Below, in pieces: positions 45,157 to 52,810 of a stretch of DNA of 54,641 bases. The translations under genes were made by a program, and so were the position numbers. The notes under the pieces are model-generated. The model did no database searches. It saw nothing but the letters and a program-made list of their open reading frames with translations, and was not told the DNA's origin. Position 1 is the first letter of the stretch; each line of letters opens with the position of its first letter. Origin of the DNA: Butyricicoccus sp. Lineage in GTDB: Bacteria > Bacillota > Clostridia > Oscillospirales > Butyricicoccaceae. The stretch lies in contig NZ_JBNMHC010000001.1 of NCBI RefSeq assembly GCF_050872565.1, forward strand, positions 1 through 54,641. Reading direction: 5' to 3'.

Positions 45157-45299
45157 TTTTTCTTACAGGTGGGGACTGTAAGTCCGCCCTGCGGCTTACG
45201 TCCCTTGTTGCCACCGCAGTAGCGCATGATCTGTTTGTCAGGGGCGGCGGTTTCCGCCGTTCATTTTACCCTTGACAGATAGATCAGCGCTGCTATCTC
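45157..45299 (-). promoter_or_regulatory. Frpo/ssi-like single-stranded DNA promoter, copy 2 (upstream of ssb)
   Basis: Hairpin with TTGACA 45272-45277 and TGCTATCT; 28-bp block GGGACTGTAAGTCCGCCCTGCGGCTTAC identical to copy 1. Confidence 0.65.
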
Positions 45300-45327
45300 T
45301 CCCGATTACAGCAATCTATCTGGCTAC

Positions 45328-46773
45328 TCACCAATTTTTAATCTGCGCCATAATCACACCGTTATGAACCTTTTGCGTGACCAATCGAGACCAAATACAC
45401 GATTGCATATAGCTGATCTTATTTTTAATCGTGCGCTTATCCTCTGCTGCTTTCATCTCTGCTGCGCGATAATCTTCAACGATGTCTTCAATTGTGTCAA
45501 ACACAAATGGATAGTAAACGTTGTTTGTAAACTCAATGCAACGGTTCAAAAACTCCAAGACTTTCGATCCTGTAACCACTGCTCCACGTAAATTCATCCG
45601 TTCCTCTGTCATCAACATCTGCACCAAGCTGTAATTTGCCAGCTCAAATGCTGCTTGTGTCAGTTCATCATCGCTATATTTTTGCTCGTAGTGAGTTAAC
45701 AAGTGCACAGCTTCTGTACAACTGGTTTCTGATTGCAGAATGGCAGATGGCAACTCATGATTTTCAATCAGGTAGTCGCGCAGCTCCTGTCGAGAAATCA
45801 TTTCATTCCGTTTAAATTCTTTCACGCCGCACTGCACTGCATTGCTCATTCGTTGCCAGATGCAGTTCTTCATACACGCCTGCTTGCTCTTGACATTCTG
45901 TGTCATGCAAATCTGTCGATAGTCATCTACGACAGTTGACATGAAATTGAATAAGCTAAAATGATTGTGTCCATGTTCATCGGCATAAATTTCTAACTGG
46001 TCATTGAGTTTTTTCATTACATCTACGCGGCTGACATTTTCTCCCTTCAACACAGTCGGTTTTTCTGTTGTACACATGCAGATTAAACTGCTTCTAAACA
46101 ATTCAGCAGTTTCGTCTTCAACGGCTCCCAGCAGAAAATGCATTGCTTCCGTACAGTTTCTCCGTGTTCCAATATCCACCGGTAGTTCTCCATATGTATT
46201 CAAGTGGTCAAACAGCTTTTTCTCAAAGTTTCCGTGTGCATTCTGATTCTTTTTCTCAGGCTCTGCCGCCACTTCTATCACTCTATCTCTCTTAGCATAA
46301 TTATTATTAACTATATTATTATTAATACCCTCCCCTTCAGCTACAGGACGGTTTGTCCACCCCTGTGAAAATAGGGGTGTGGACAGATTTTCTTTTTTAG
46401 ATGCCAGAGTTGGTATGGATGACGTAATTTTTCCGTTTCTATTAACAGATACAAATGCCGGTGTTTCTAAGTCTGCCTTTTCCTTGAGTTCATATTCGTA
46501 GACAAAATTTCCTTTTTCTGTCTGTACCCGTGCCTGTTTCAAATATCCTCGGTTTTTCAATTCATTCCAAACCGTCTGAAACGCTGTATCTCCGAGACCC
46601 GATTCATTTTTCAGATACCACTTGTAGAGGGTAAAATCCGGAATCAAAATATAACTCTGAATCATACAGTACAATCCCTTTGCTCGCAGCGATAAATTAG
46701 GATCACGCACAGCCTCATTAGAAATCTGTGTAAACGGAACCTCTTTTTTCTTAAAATATCCTCCGCTCTTCAT
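45328..46773 (-). CDS. Replication initiator-like protein (phage-type winged-HTH N-domain; duplicated C-terminal domain)
   Basis: FTQISNEAVRDPNLSLRAKGLY...ELKNRGYL; RBS AGGAG near 46785 supports a start at 46773 or 46779 rather than 47049. Confidence 0.7.
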   Translation of the reverse strand: MKSGGYFKKKEVPFTQISNEAVRDPNLSLRAKGLYCMIQSYILIPDFTLYKWYLKNESGLGDTAFQTVWNELKNRGYLKQARVQTEKGNFVYEYELKEKADLETPAFVSVNRNGKITSSIPTLASKKENLSTPLFSQGWTNRPVAEGEGINNNIVNNNYAKRDRVIEVAAEPEKKNQNAHGNFEKKLFDHLNTYGELPVDIGTRRNCTEAMHFLLGAVEDETAELFRSSLICMCTTEKPTVLKGENVSRVDVMKKLNDQLEIYADEHGHNHFSLFNFMSTVVDDYRQICMTQNVKSKQACMKNCIWQRMSNAVQCGVKEFKRNEMISRQELRDYLIENHELPSAILQSETSCTEAVHLLTHYEQKYSDDELTQAAFELANYSLVQMLMTEERMNLRGAVVTGSKVLEFLNRCIEFTNNVYYPFVFDTIEDIVEDYRAAEMKAAEDKRTIKNKISYMQSCIWSRLVTQKVHNGVIMAQIKNW

Positions 46774-46927
46774 AGTCAAATCACTCCTATTTTCTTTAAA
46801 ATAAATAGGCTGCCTGAATTGCACAGGGGCAGCAGATCCTTCCGATCCACTGAGCCGTTGCTTACGCCTGCGGCTTATAAAATCAACAATTACAAACGAT
46901 TTACCATACATCACAGATGTAGGCTGC

Positions 46928-47024
46928 TGGTGCCGGAGTTCGGAGTTGAACCGAACAGAAATATCAAGAAATTTGTAGAAAGATACGGTGAATATTGAAG
47001 GATGTTCTGCGACCGCGCTCCAGC
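46928..47024 (-). ncRNA. tRNA-like structured RNA (acceptor stem, T-arm, CCA; no D or anticodon arm) in the rep leader
   Basis: 5' GCTGGAG pairs with CTCCGGC-A-CCA; T-arm TTCGG-TTCAACT-CCGAA; third stem CAGAA/TTCTG. Confidence 0.6.
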
Positions 47025-47132
47025 GTTTACGTGATTCAAATGCTTTCAAACTGCTTCTATACTGTTCATAAGTAGTTCTTTTTAGAAACTCGCAAGTAAT
47101 ATATACTCATCTGAGACACTAAAAGAACATAT

Positions 47133-47240
47133 ATTGAGTTTGTGCACTCAATGTATCACATAAATTTGCGTTTGTCAACCTATGCAGCTATGAGCTTTTA
47201 ATTTTTTTGAGTTTACATACTCATTTATATTTGTTATAAT
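47133..47240. promoter_or_regulatory. Divergent promoter region with two TGAGT-N6-ACTCA operators (rep operon / repressor B)
   Basis: Inverted paralog of 8760-8868; minus strand TTGACA(47173-47178)-17-TACATT; operators at 47135-47150 and 47208-47223; plus strand TATAAT 47235-47240. Confidence 0.8.
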
Positions 47241-47267
47241 GTTTTTGTAATCAAAGGAGGCTTTCAC

Positions 47268-47615
47268 ATGGACACTAATGATAGAGTGAAAATGATTAGA
47301 AAATCTTTAAAACTGAATCAGACCGATTTCGCAAGAAAAATAGGCATTAAACAAAGCGCATTATCTTCAATTGAGAGCAAACAATCTTCTGTTACGGATA
47401 GAAATATAAAGGCAATTTGCGATGAATACAGGATCAATGAGCATTGGCTTCGGACTGGTGAAGGCGAGATGCTATGCAACACATCAGATGAATCCATCGT
47501 ATGTTGCTCCGAAGAATTAGAACTGATAAAAAAATACCGTATTCTTGATGAACACGGTAAAAAAGTCGTAAACTTTGTATTAGCTGAAGAATACCATCGG
47601 ATACAGGAATTATAG
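47268..47615 (+). CDS. Xre family HTH repressor (paralog B)
   Basis: RVKMIRKSLKLNQTDFARKIG...NEHWLRTGEGEM. Confidence 0.9.
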   Translation: MDTNDRVKMIRKSLKLNQTDFARKIGIKQSALSSIESKQSSVTDRNIKAICDEYRINEHWLRTGEGEMLCNTSDESIVCCSEELELIKKYRILDEHGKKVVNFVLAEEYHRIQEL

Positions 47616-47699
47616 TCTGAAAAAATAAAAAGCTCCCATCAACAAGGCAGTTGATGAGAGCATAAACAACCATACGATACTGCAGAAAGTTGGTGTAGA

Positions 47700-49253
47700 A
47701 TGAAAATTGCAATTTACGCGCGGTATTCTTCCGAAAATCAATCGGAGGAATCTATCACAGCGCAAATACGCGCTTGCACAGAATACGCTGAACGAAACGG
47801 ACATGTCATAGTAAATACATATATTGACCGTGCTATGTCCGCTCGATCAGATAGACGCCCTGAATTTCAGCAAATGATTGTAGACAGCAGTAAGCAATTA
47901 TTTGAAGCTATTGTTGTGCATAAACTGGATCGTTTTTCCCGTGACCGGTTCGATCATGCGGTATACCGGCGCGAGCTGAGAAAAAACGGTGTGCAGCTGC
48001 TGTCTGTGCTGGAAAACTTGGATTCCAGTCCGGAAAGCATCGTATTAGAATCCGTGTTGGAGGGTTTTTCTGAATACTATAGTGCGAATCTGGCGCGAGA
48101 AACGCGAAAAGGATTACGAGAAATTGCGCTGCAAGCTAAATATACCGGTGGAACAGTGCTATACGGATATACAGTTGGGGCAGATCAACGATATAAGCTG
48201 AATCCAACGGAAGCTGCTGTTGTTCGGCGTATTTTTAATACCTGTTTAACCAAACAAGGATATAATAAGCTACTGGATGAATTACGCAAGGAAGGCGTAA
48301 AAACACGAGCTGGAAAAAACTTTACGACCAGTGCATTTTATTACATTCTCAAAAACCCGCGTTATACCGGTGATTACGTCTATTCTCCAGTTGGAGAACG
48401 TTTTCGCAACAAAGGTAAGTCAGAAATAATCACGGTTCCTAACGCATTGCCTGCAATCGTTTCTCATGAGGATTTCAACGCTGTACAGCAAATTTTGCAA
48501 GAGCGTAGCCATAATGGATATGTAAGAGCCAAAGAACCGTTTTTATTATCAGGAATTTTGTATTGTGGCAAATGCGGCAGCAAATTATATGGTCATCGAC
48601 AGAAGAAGCCGCATAAAGATTACGTATACTACTCCTATGAATGTTCCAGCAATACACGCCGAAAAGAATGTGATTCTCGCTCCGTTCCACGTGACCGAAT
48701 GGATCATGCTGTATGTGATTATATCAAGCAGCTCTTATCTCCTGCTTCTGTTTCTGAAATTCAGACTGCCTTGGAAAAAAGTTACGCATTAGAATTTAAA
48801 CAACGACAAGAACAAATTCTTGTATTGCAGAAAAAACTGAAGGGCATTGAACAAAGAATCGACCATGCAGTTGATCTATTGATCGACATGCCTAGTGATT
48901 CTTTGCAAAAAAAAATCCGTTCCCTCGAAACCGAGAAAACGGATTTAGAAAACCACATTATAAAATTAAAGAGCAAAAACACAGGTAATTCTGAAATTGC
49001 AAAACAAATTCAGGTATGCCTTGGATTCGATGATCTTACGATGGAAGAAAAACAGCAGATCATCAGAAAGATTATAAAAAAAATCACCGTCCATCCGGAC
49101 GGTGATTCTGTGGAGCTTATCATTGAATCTGAGATAACTCAATTACTCAATGCATCACTCAAATTGGAGGTGCCACCCAGAATCGAACTGGGGATCAAGG
49201 AGTTGCAGTCCACTGCCTTACCGCTTGGCTATGGCACCGTATGGAGCGGATGA
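47700..49253 (+). CDS. Large serine recombinase/integrase; last 25 codons are read from the antisense of tRNA-Cys and its flank, with the stop inside tRNA-Gly
   Basis: IYARYSS, DRFSR, recombinase domain, zinc ribbon CGKCG...C..C, coiled coil. Confidence 0.95.
   Translation: MKIAIYARYSSENQSEESITAQIRACTEYAERNGHVIVNTYIDRAMSARSDRRPEFQQMIVDSSKQLFEAIVVHKLDRFSRDRFDHAVYRRELRKNGVQLLSVLENLDSSPESIVLESVLEGFSEYYSANLARETRKGLREIALQAKYTGGTVLYGYTVGADQRYKLNPTEAAVVRRIFNTCLTKQGYNKLLDELRKEGVKTRAGKNFTTSAFYYILKNPRYTGDYVYSPVGERFRNKGKSEIITVPNALPAIVSHEDFNAVQQILQERSHNGYVRAKEPFLLSGILYCGKCGSKLYGHRQKKPHKDYVYYSYECSSNTRRKECDSRSVPRDRMDHAVCDYIKQLLSPASVSEIQTALEKSYALEFKQRQEQILVLQKKLKGIEQRIDHAVDLLIDMPSDSLQKKIRSLETEKTDLENHIIKLKSKNTGNSEIAKQIQVCLGFDDLTMEEKQQIIRKIIKKITVHPDGDSVELIIESEITQLLNASLKLEVPPRIELGIKELQSTALPLGYGTVWSG
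49076..49107 (-). terminator. Intrinsic terminator embedded antisense in the integrase CDS
   Basis: Minus strand reads AATCACCGTCC-GGAT-GGACGGTGA-TTTTTTTT, about 58 nt downstream of the tRNA-Cys CCA. Confidence 0.75.
49165..49176. repeat. Right attachment site core
   Basis: TGGAGGTGCCAC, identical to 2688-2699. Confidence 0.9.
49165..49238 (-). tRNA. tRNA-Cys (GCA)
   Basis: GGTGCCATAGCCAAGCGGTAAGGCAGTGGACTGCAACTCC...GTTCGATTC...GGCACCTCCA. Confidence 0.95.
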
Positions 49254-49317
49254 CGAGGCTCGAACTCGCTACCTCCACCTTGGCAAGGTGGCGCTCTACC
49301 AGATGAGCTACATCCGC
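49242..49317 (-). tRNA. tRNA-Gly (GCC)
   Basis: Cloverleaf, anticodon loop TTGCCAA, encoded CCA. Confidence 0.95.
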
Positions 49318-49324
49318 ATATTGT

Positions 49325-49400
49325 TGGTGCCTCCGGGCGGAATCGAACCACCGACACGGGGATTTTCAGTCCCCTGCTCTACCGACTGAGCTACAGAGGC
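49325..49400 (-). tRNA. tRNA-Phe (GAA)
   Basis: Cloverleaf, CTGAAAA loop, encoded CCA. Confidence 0.95.
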
Positions 49401-49430
49401 AAGTTGTTTTTCTGTCAGACGACGATATTT

Positions 49431-49460
49431 ATTATATCATCGAAGCCCCCTGTTTGTCAA
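49431..49460 (-). promoter_or_regulatory. SigA promoter for tRNA-Phe/Gly/Cys
   Basis: TTGACA-18-TATAAT with extended -10 TG. Confidence 0.75.
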
Positions 49461-49531
49461 GAACTTTTTTTCATTTCAGAAAACTTTTTTTCGTTTCACC
49501 GTCCGAAGACGATGAAACGATAGAAGTTTAC

Positions 49532-49608
49532 TGGCGACCCGGATCGGGCTCGAACCGACGACCTCCAGCGTGACAGGCTGGCGTTCTAACCAACTGAACT
49601 ACCGGGCC
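49532..49608 (-). tRNA. tRNA-Asp (GTC)
   Basis: Cloverleaf, CTGTCAC loop, encoded CCA. Confidence 0.95.
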
Positions 49609-49612
49609 AGGG

Positions 49613-49688
49613 TGGTGGAAGTTACAGGGCTCGAACCTGTGACCCTCTGCTTGTAAGGCAGATGCTCTCCCAGCTGAGCTAAACTTCC
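49613..49688 (-). tRNA. tRNA-Val (TAC)
   Basis: Cloverleaf, CTTACAA loop, encoded CCA. Confidence 0.95.
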
Positions 49689-49709
49689 GTACCGTCCAGC
49701 GACTATTAT

Positions 49710-49738
49710 AGTATACTCACTGGATGCGGTTTTGTCAA
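49710..49738 (-). promoter_or_regulatory. SigA promoter for tRNA-Val/Asp
   Basis: TTGACA-17-TATACT. Confidence 0.75.
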
Positions 49739-49813
49739 CACTTTTTTCAAAGTTTTTTTGATTTTTTTCAAAATTCTTTTTTCTTTAGCAAAACGTGCTG
49801 TTTTTCACGGCTA

Positions 49814-50713
49814 TCAGCCGTTGTTCCCCTCTTTTGCTGTCGCTGCCTCCAGCATCACAGCAATATCATCGCGTGTCATCTTGTATACTTTGTCGCAGAA
49901 CTGACAAGTGACTTCAATGCCATCCTCTTCATCACGCAGACGCTGCAATTCATCCTTGCCCAAGCTGATAAGCGCACGAGTCACCTTAGCGTGATTACAG
50001 CCGCAACGATAGGTAATCGGCGTGTCCTCTAAGAACTCCACCTCAAAGCCATCCAAGACAGCGTGTGCAATGTCTTCCAAAGACATACCGTTCTCCAGCA
50101 TGGTAGTCATAGCACCAGCCTTGGCAATGTTGTTCTCCAAACGGGTAATGTCTTCATCGGTTGCGCCCGGCATGAGCTGGACGATGTAGCCGCCCGCCTG
50201 CTTGACATGCTGATCGGTATCTACCAGAACACCCAAAGCAACCGCAGACGGCACCTGCTCGCTCTCTGCGAAATACTTGGTAATGTCTTCTGCAATTTCA
50301 CCGTTGTGCAGCGCCGTTGTGCCGGTAAACGGCTCGCCGACACCAATATCCTTGATGACCATCAAATAACCACGTCCGACGCCGGAGCCGACGTCCAAAT
50401 GTCCATTCGGCAGCAGCGGCAGTTCTACAGCAGGATTCTGTAAATAACCGCGCACACAACCGTCACAGTCGCCAATCGCAGTGATGGCACCCAGCGGGCC
50501 ATTGCCCTTGATCTGAATCGTCACAGAGCCGCTCTTGTCTTTCAGCTCTCGACCCATCATAGAAGCCGCGGACAGGGTTCTGCCCAGAGCCGCCGTTGCC
50601 AGCGGCAGGGTGCGATGAATCTGGCGGGCACGTTCTACGGTCTCCGTTGTGCACACCGCAGTAAATTTGATTTCCGCATTGCGGCAAATCGCACGAATCA
50701 ATCTATCACTCAT
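49814..50713 (-). CDS. hslO: Hsp33 redox-regulated chaperone
   Basis: Start MSDRLIR; SEQVPS, AGGYIVQLMPG, CxC...CxxC (RCGC...TCQFC). Confidence 0.95.
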   Translation of the reverse strand: MSDRLIRAICRNAEIKFTAVCTTETVERARQIHRTLPLATAALGRTLSAASMMGRELKDKSGSVTIQIKGNGPLGAITAIGDCDGCVRGYLQNPAVELPLLPNGHLDVGSGVGRGYLMVIKDIGVGEPFTGTTALHNGEIAEDITKYFAESEQVPSAVALGVLVDTDQHVKQAGGYIVQLMPGATDEDITRLENNIAKAGAMTTMLENGMSLEDIAHAVLDGFEVEFLEDTPITYRCGCNHAKVTRALISLGKDELQRLRDEEDGIEVTCQFCDKVYKMTRDDIAVMLEAATAKEGNNG

Positions 50714-51485
50714 TATTTGGTTCTCCTTCTTCTTCTGGTTTTCTGGCAAGGAAGAAAATACGCTCTTCCTTTTCCTTTGGCGGCTCATCGGACAGCTCGC
50801 CGCGCAGCTCGATGTCTGTAAAGCCTGCCTGCTGCAGCATGTCTATCAATTCTGCGTTGTCATAGATGCGTTCGATATGATGTTCCTCATAACGATTCCA
50901 TGCACCCTCCTCATTGAGTTCAAAAATATCAAAATGATAATGACACAAATTCTCCTCAATGATGCACTGCCAAACACAGAACACATCTTCATCTTCCCGG
51001 ACAAAGCTCTGCCCATCAATGCGTTCCAGCTTGCTGCGGGTATTGACATCAAATAAAAACAGTCCGCCCGGCGTGAGATACTCATAGACGCGCTTCATCG
51101 CCTCACGCAGCATCTCTGGATCTTCCACATAGTTGACGGAATCCAAGCAGCACACACAGGCGTCTATGCCGCCGTACAGCTCCAATTCCTGCATGGGCTG
51201 ATGCAGGAGCAGAACCGGCTTGTCCGGATTGGCATCCATGCAGTTTTCCTGCGCAATCATCAGCATATCTTCCGATTGATCGACACCAATCATATCGTAG
51301 CCGCGCTGTGCCAAGATACTGGTCAGCGAGCCGGTGCCGCACGCCAGATCCAAAATCACAGACGGCTTGATGTTCTTTTGCTTAAAAATATGCTCAAAAA
51401 AATCCGCCCACCGTTCGTATGGCACGTCATCGGTGAAGCGGTCATAGTACTCCGAGAGCAGTCCGTACTCTGAATATTCACTCAT
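50706..51485 (-). CDS. Class I SAM-dependent methyltransferase
   Basis: LDLACGTG, GVDQSEDML, DSVNY. Confidence 0.92.
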   Translation of the reverse strand: MSEYSEYGLLSEYYDRFTDDVPYERWADFFEHIFKQKNIKPSVILDLACGTGSLTSILAQRGYDMIGVDQSEDMLMIAQENCMDANPDKPVLLLHQPMQELELYGGIDACVCCLDSVNYVEDPEMLREAMKRVYEYLTPGGLFLFDVNTRSKLERIDGQSFVREDEDVFCVWQCIIEENLCHYHFDIFELNEEGAWNRYEEHHIERIYDNAELIDMLQQAGFTDIELRGELSDEPPKEKEERIFFLARKPEEEGEPNNE

Positions 51486-51789
51486 CTGTATCGTTTCCTT
51501 CTGTCTGCTTCATGCGATCGAGTGCCGTGCGATAGCCGTCTGAACCATACGTCAAGCATTTGTTGACGCGGCTGATTGTCGCGGTCGATGCACCGGTCTC
51601 CTTTGCGATGTCACTGTAAATACGTCCTTCATCCAGCATGGCAGCGACCTGAAAGCGCTGTTCCATCGCACGCAGCTCGCTAATCGTGCAGAGATCTTCA
51701 AAGAAATTGCTGCACTCCTCCAGCGTGTTCAGATGCAGGATTGCCTGAAACAGGCTATCCATGGATTTTCCCCTGAGTTTGTTGTTCAT
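51478..51789 (-). CDS. yerC: YerC/YecD TrpR-related protein
   Basis: FFEDLCTISEL..MEQR...TGASTATISRV; RBS GGAGG before MNNKL. Confidence 0.9.
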   Translation of the reverse strand: MNNKLRGKSMDSLFQAILHLNTLEECSNFFEDLCTISELRAMEQRFQVAAMLDEGRIYSDIAKETGASTATISRVNKCLTYGSDGYRTALDRMKQTEGNDTDE

Positions 51790-51908
51790 CCATCTCGCCT
51801 CCCTCACTAACAGCTATATTGTAACATGGTAACGTGTGAAAGTAAACAGAAAAATGGCAGAAAAAACAGCAGGCACATCTCTGCGCCTGCTGTCTGTATC
51901 CGGTTTGC

Positions 51909-52556
51909 TTATCCTTCGTTACCGCCGTCTTCGCTGAGCGTATGGATATTGTCTCGAACATCCTGCAACGCCCATGTTTCTGTTTCGTTATACGAATTGA
52001 CACAGGTAATATCTGTTGTTTCCCCGTCTGTCAGCACCTGTACATCAGGTGTCACCGGCATTCCCTTATCAGAGAGGGCAAATGCACCTTGCCATGCGCC
52101 GATCACTGTATAACAATCTTCCTCTGTTTCCGCTCGCTGCAAAAACAGCAAGAACAGCTTGCCCTGTTCCAATTTTGCTTCGCCGTCTGCATCCATCACG
52201 AGCGTCCCTGTCTCGCCGCCGCTCAGCCGAATCGTCAAGTTGTCCGACTCATCTGCTCCCCGCAAAACATTCGACACTTTGATGTGGTAATCGGTGTATA
52301 CACTCGAATCTCCACTGAGCTGATACCCATCCGAAATCTCTGTGACAGAACCGATCACGATTTCATCGGAACGCTGAATCAGCTCTTCGTGTGTCAAGCT
52401 CTCCGGATCCGTGGACACACCAACTGTGTCCGGTGCACTTCCGCTGCCGGAAGGTTTTGTCGATGTCGGTGCAGGGCTGTTCGAGCCACAGCCCGCCAGA
52501 ATGCCAACTGCCAACACTGCTGCCAGCAACGAACCAAATACTCTGCGTTTTTCCAT
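51909..52556 (-). CDS. Putative lipoprotein
   Basis: Start MEKRR with RBS AAGGAGGTG; lipobox LAGC. Confidence 0.8.
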   Translation of the reverse strand: MEKRRVFGSLLAAVLAVGILAGCGSNSPAPTSTKPSGSGSAPDTVGVSTDPESLTHEELIQRSDEIVIGSVTEISDGYQLSGDSSVYTDYHIKVSNVLRGADESDNLTIRLSGGETGTLVMDADGEAKLEQGKLFLLFLQRAETEEDCYTVIGAWQGAFALSDKGMPVTPDVQVLTDGETTDITCVNSYNETETWALQDVRDNIHTLSEDGGNEG

Positions 52557-52589
52557 AAAAAGGCACCTCCTTGTATTATAAAGTAGTAG

Positions 52590-52790
52590 TTTTAAATATC
52601 CCACTCCAAGGATATATGCTACACTGTAAGGGATGCTGTGGATTGGTTTACACCTCCTACCGCAAGACGGTTTCAGAAAGGCTCCAACCACAGCCCTTTA
52701 CAGTATTGTTAATTAGTTAGATACCGCCAGACGGTTTATGTAGAACAAGGTTACAAGAGTAAAGCGTTCTGTGGAATCAGCATCAAAATA
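52590..52790 (+). ncRNA. Predicted IS110 bridge RNA (ends approximate)
   Basis: Nested stems around CACCTCCT and AAAG (match target) and TAGTTAG and ACAAG (match donor junction). Confidence 0.7.
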
Positions 52791-52810
52791 AACACATCGG
52801 AGGTATTTTT

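Larger units (their letters stand above)
2688..49176. mobile_element. Integrative conjugative element (~46.5 kb) with a serine integrase, inserted at the 3' end of tRNA-Cys
   Basis: 12-bp direct repeat TGGAGGTGCCAC at 2688-2699 and 49165-49176 equals the tRNA-Cys 3' end; integrase, T4SS, relaxase, rep and par genes lie between. Confidence 0.92.

Noticed and set aside
46928-47024. A canonical tRNA gene or tmRNA
   Set aside because: No D-stem or anticodon arm, too short for tmRNA, and the wobble is U3-G rather than the alanine G3-U; kept as a tRNA-like RNA
46780-47049. N-terminal extension of the rep ORF to 47049
   Set aside because: No RBS at that start, a good RBS near 46785, and the region folds as structured RNA
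49150-49389. 79-aa ORF
   Set aside because: Antisense shadow of tRNA genes
52557-52691. N-terminal extension of the lipoprotein ORF
   Set aside because: Runs into the IS110 left end; the real start is MEKRR at 52556 with a strong RBS
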